The position numbers and the translations under genes are program-made. Of a stretch of 64,000 bases of DNA, positions 61,169-64,000 are shown one piece after another. The DNA is from Candidatus Gottesmanbacteria bacterium. GTDB lineage: Bacteria > Patescibacteriota > Microgenomatia > UBA10105 > UBA927. The first letter of the stretch is position 1, and each line of letters starts with the position of its first letter. The notes beneath the pieces are model-generated. The model did not search any database and was not told where the DNA came from. It saw only the letters and a program-made list of their open reading frames with translations. Where the stretch lies: NCBI GenBank assembly GCA_903821745.1, contig CAIJMI010000005.1, positions 199,802-263,801 on the forward strand. Direction: 5' to 3'.

Positions 61169-63193
61169 CTACTTAATATCTTCTTTTTTCCACGCAGCAA
61201 AAGTGCAGGTCGGATAATTACTGCATCCGTAAAATGTTTTTCCACGGTGTGTTTTTTTTACAACAATATCCCCGCCACATTTCGGACACTTCATATCAAT
61301 AGTCTCCAATTTTTGTCTCGTGTATTTACAGGTTGGAAAATTACTGCAGGCAATAAATTTGCCGTATCTCCCCGTTCGAACAACTAATTGACTACCGCAT
61401 TCTGGGCATTTTTCATCCAGTTCCTCAACTGGTGCTTTCACTTTTTCTGCTGTCTCAATCGTATTTTTAACGGCTTCCGCGAATGGCTCATAAAACGCCC
61501 GGATAACCGGCGCCCATTCTTTTTGGCCCGTGGCAATTTCATCCAAACTATCCTCCATTGCGGCGGTGAAGGGCAAACTCATAATGTTGGAAAAATAGGT
61601 AATCAGAAAATCCGTTACCTGATCGCCAAGTTCTGTTGGAACAAACTTCTTTTCTACCTTTGCCACATACTGCCGATCAATAATCGTTGAAATAATTGGC
61701 GCATAGGTGCTTGGCCGGCCAATATCTTTTTCTTCAAGTGCTTTGATAAGACTCGCCTCAGAATACCGTGGAGGGGCCTGCGTCTCATGTGGCTCAGGAA
61801 TTGCCTCTTTCAATTTCACTGTTGTTCCAACGGTAACAGCTGGAAGAACCGTTTCATGTGCATCATGGCCCATGATTGCTAAAAATCCATCAAACGTAAT
61901 GACAGATCCCTGTGCTTGAAATACATACCCATTATCGCTCGTGATCACAATCGTTGTGGAATCAAACAATGCTTCTTTCATTTGTGTTGCAACTGCCCGT
62001 TTCCAAATAAGCTCATAGAGCCTAACATGATCATGATTAAATTCCGGATTATTTTTTAACAGTTCATCAGATACGCCAACATCCGTCGGACGGATGGCTT
62101 CATGTGCTTCCTGCGCAACCTTTGATTTTGTCTGGTACACACGGACTTCCGCTGGCACGTATTGCGCTCCGTAGACGGAGGTAATAAATGCACGTGCTTC
62201 TCCAATAAATTTTTCAGAAAGATTAACGCTATCCGTCCGGTGATAGGTAATCATTCCTTCCTCATACAATTTCTGCGCAAGCTGCATGGTCTTTTTGGCG
62301 GAAAAATACAGTTTGCGTCCTGCATCCTGCTGCAAGGTACTCGTCGTATACGCAGGCCCAGGAGTTCGTTTCGATTCCTTTTTATCAACCGCCGATACGG
62401 TAAATGGAGATTGCAAATCCCCAATAATGTTTTTTGCATCCGCTTCAGTTGCAATGCTGGTTTTGGTCGTGGTGTATTTTCCGTCAAACAGGGTTAATGC
62501 TAATGACTGCTCATACCTAATCCCATCTTTGGAAATGAGTTGTGCGGTAATGGATTCACCGTTGATAAACGTTCCAGCAATCGTAAAATACGGGGTTTTC
62601 TCAAATTTCTTTATTTCCCGTTCCCGCTCAACGATAAGCCGGACAGTAACGGATTGCACACGACCGGCGGATAACCAACGTTTGGATAACTTCTGCCATA
62701 AAATCGGGGATAATTTATATCCCACTAACCGATCGAGAACCCGTCTTGCTTGTTGCGCAGACACAAGCTTCATGTCTATTTTCCCAGGATGGGCAAGCGC
62801 GTGGCTGATTGCTGATTCCGTAATTTCATGAAACGTAATTCTCGTATACGGAGACACTGCTTCTTCCTTTTTCTTTTTGGTACTTTTTTTCGGTTTCGAT
62901 TCCTCAAGAATTGACGCAACATGCCATGCGATCGCTTCTCCTTCACGGTCAGGATCGCTGGCAAGAATGATATGATCTGCTTTTTTCATTTTAGAAAGCA
63001 GTTCACTGACCTGTTTTTTCTTGTCCCGGGGAATGACATAACTGGGAGCAAAATCATGCTCCACATCAACACCCAAACTTGCCTTTGGCAAGTCCCGAAT
63101 ATGACCCATGGTGGCCTCAACGGCATACTTCCCTTTCAAAAACCGAGATAGTGTTCGTGCTTTGGTTGGTGATTCAACAATGATTAAATCCAT
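61169..63193 (-). CDS. topA: DNA topoisomerase I
   Basis: Toprim N-terminus MDLIIVESPTKARTLSRFL, active-site region and C-terminal zinc ribbons (CPECG..., CPKCG...); 674 aa. Confidence 0.95.
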   Translation of the reverse strand: MDLIIVESPTKARTLSRFLKGKYAVEATMGHIRDLPKASLGVDVEHDFAPSYVIPRDKKKQVSELLSKMKKADHIILASDPDREGEAIAWHVASILEESKPKKSTKKKKEEAVSPYTRITFHEITESAISHALAHPGKIDMKLVSAQQARRVLDRLVGYKLSPILWQKLSKRWLSAGRVQSVTVRLIVEREREIKKFEKTPYFTIAGTFINGESITAQLISKDGIRYEQSLALTLFDGKYTTTKTSIATEADAKNIIGDLQSPFTVSAVDKKESKRTPGPAYTTSTLQQDAGRKLYFSAKKTMQLAQKLYEEGMITYHRTDSVNLSEKFIGEARAFITSVYGAQYVPAEVRVYQTKSKVAQEAHEAIRPTDVGVSDELLKNNPEFNHDHVRLYELIWKRAVATQMKEALFDSTTIVITSDNGYVFQAQGSVITFDGFLAIMGHDAHETVLPAVTVGTTVKLKEAIPEPHETQAPPRYSEASLIKALEEKDIGRPSTYAPIISTIIDRQYVAKVEKKFVPTELGDQVTDFLITYFSNIMSLPFTAAMEDSLDEIATGQKEWAPVIRAFYEPFAEAVKNTIETAEKVKAPVEELDEKCPECGSQLVVRTGRYGKFIACSNFPTCKYTRQKLETIDMKCPKCGGDIVVKKTHRGKTFYGCSNYPTCTFAAWKKEDIK

Positions 63194-63262
63194 ACTCTGT
63201 TCACTTCAGCAAAAAAGAGATACTACCAGTATCCTAACATGTCTGTCAAATATGCTTTCTAT

Positions 63263-64000
63263 CTATTGTTCTCCAAGTTCCCCCTGTTTTGCAAGCCCCA
63301 AACTCGACAAGATATCGTCAGACGACGTTGCAACCTGAGCGCCTGACTTGATGAGTTTTGCCGGTCCCTGACTCATTTTGCTGGTAATTGGACCCGGCAC
63401 GGCAAAGACGTCCCGGCCCTGTTCTGCCGCGTTTCGTGCGGTGATCAAGGTCCCGCTGTCATCTGCCCCTTCAATGACAACCGTTGCCAAAGACAGCCCG
63501 CTAATAATTCTGTTTCGTTGAGGAAACAGTCCTTTATTTGGCCGGACACCAATAGGCATTTCAGAAACGATTGCACCATATCCTTCCTCCGTCAATTTTT
63601 TGTAGATATGATAATTTGCATAGGGCGCACAGATATCAGCACCGCATCCTAACACGGCAATGGTTTTTCCATGTTTTGCAACGACCGTCTCATGAGCAAT
63701 AGCATCAATTCCGTATGCCATCCCAGATACAATCGTACAGGATTCGTCAACCAAATCGGAGACAATTTGTTTCGTCACCGTTATGCCGTAGGCAGTCGGA
63801 TGCCGGGTTCCAACAACAGCAATTGTTTTTGTCATATCAATCGGTATTTCTCCTTTTTTGCCTTTCACATACAAAACAATCGGCGCATCGGATATTTCCT
63901 TGAGAAGGTGCGGATAATGGGGATGCGTTTTTGGAAGTGCGACGATGTGAAGTCGTTCTAATGCTTTTTTGTATGCATCAAGGGAAAATGATGCCCGAAA
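63263..64000 (-). CDS. dprA: DNA-processing protein DprA/Smf (partial; N-terminus beyond the window end)
   Basis: IAVVGTRHPTAYG...IVSGMAYGIDAIAHE...RNRIISGLS...VIEGADDSGTLITA...GRDVFAVPGPI DprA Rossmann domain. The reading frame stays open to position 64000 (…FRASFSLDAYKKALERLHIVALPKTHPHYPHLLKEISDAPIVLYV…). Conserved dprA-topA pairing. Confidence 0.85.
   Translation of the reverse strand, partial: FRASFSLDAYKKALERLHIVALPKTHPHYPHLLKEISDAPIVLYVKGKKGEIPIDMTKTIAVVGTRHPTAYGITVTKQIVSDLVDESCTIVSGMAYGIDAIAHETVVAKHGKTIAVLGCGADICAPYANYHIYKKLTEEGYGAIVSEMPIGVRPNKGLFPQRNRIISGLSLATVVIEGADDSGTLITARNAAEQGRDVFAVPGPITSKMSQGPAKLIKSGAQVATSSDDILSSLGLAKQGELGEQ

Overview
This 64-kb window looks like a chromosomal segment from a small-genome, AT-moderate bacterium. 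Several sequence-based signals point to a Patescibacteria/CPR-like lineage: a stand-alone 16S rRNA gene with no 23S/5S/tRNA linked to it, a CAGCAGTCGCGG variant at the universal 515F primer site, a fused alpha/beta ADP-forming acetyl-CoA synthetase, an archaeal-type ProRS, rpsB-tsf-frr without pyrH, and many small overlapping genes. Positions 0.4-39.2 kb and 61.2-64 kb hold densely packed housekeeping genes. These include a Doc/HTH toxin-antitoxin pair, plsC, thyA-folA, alr, eno-gpmI, pyk-acd, cysS, recR, prs, ahcY, dnaX-ybaB, ybeY, rpsU, proS, rseP, frr-tsf-rpsB, a GGDEF cyclase, a thymidine/deoxynucleoside salvage block, glmS, dcd, tRNA-Cys and topA-dprA. There is also a decayed two-component system: an OmpR-type regulator broken exactly at an A_AAA_AAG heptamer, followed by a histidine kinase truncated to 89 aa. 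The most unusual part is a ~22-kb block (39.4-61.2 kb) between tRNA-Cys and topA. It encodes a DPM1/ArnC-like GT2, three ArnT/PMT-like GT-C membrane glycosyltransferase paralogs, five membrane-anchored SGNH-hydrolase paralogs, an O-carbamoyltransferase preceded by two coupled mini-TM proteins, three radical-SAM enzymes (one SPASM, two B12-binding), a PAP2 lipid phosphatase and a SpoU methyltransferase. The orphan 16S rRNA gene, flanked by intrinsic terminators, sits in the middle of this block. I interpret the block as a polyprenyl-phosphate-dependent cell-surface glycan (or lipid) decoration system with extensive O-acyl, carbamoyl and radical-SAM tailoring. All functional calls rest on motif recognition by eye; no database searches were run.
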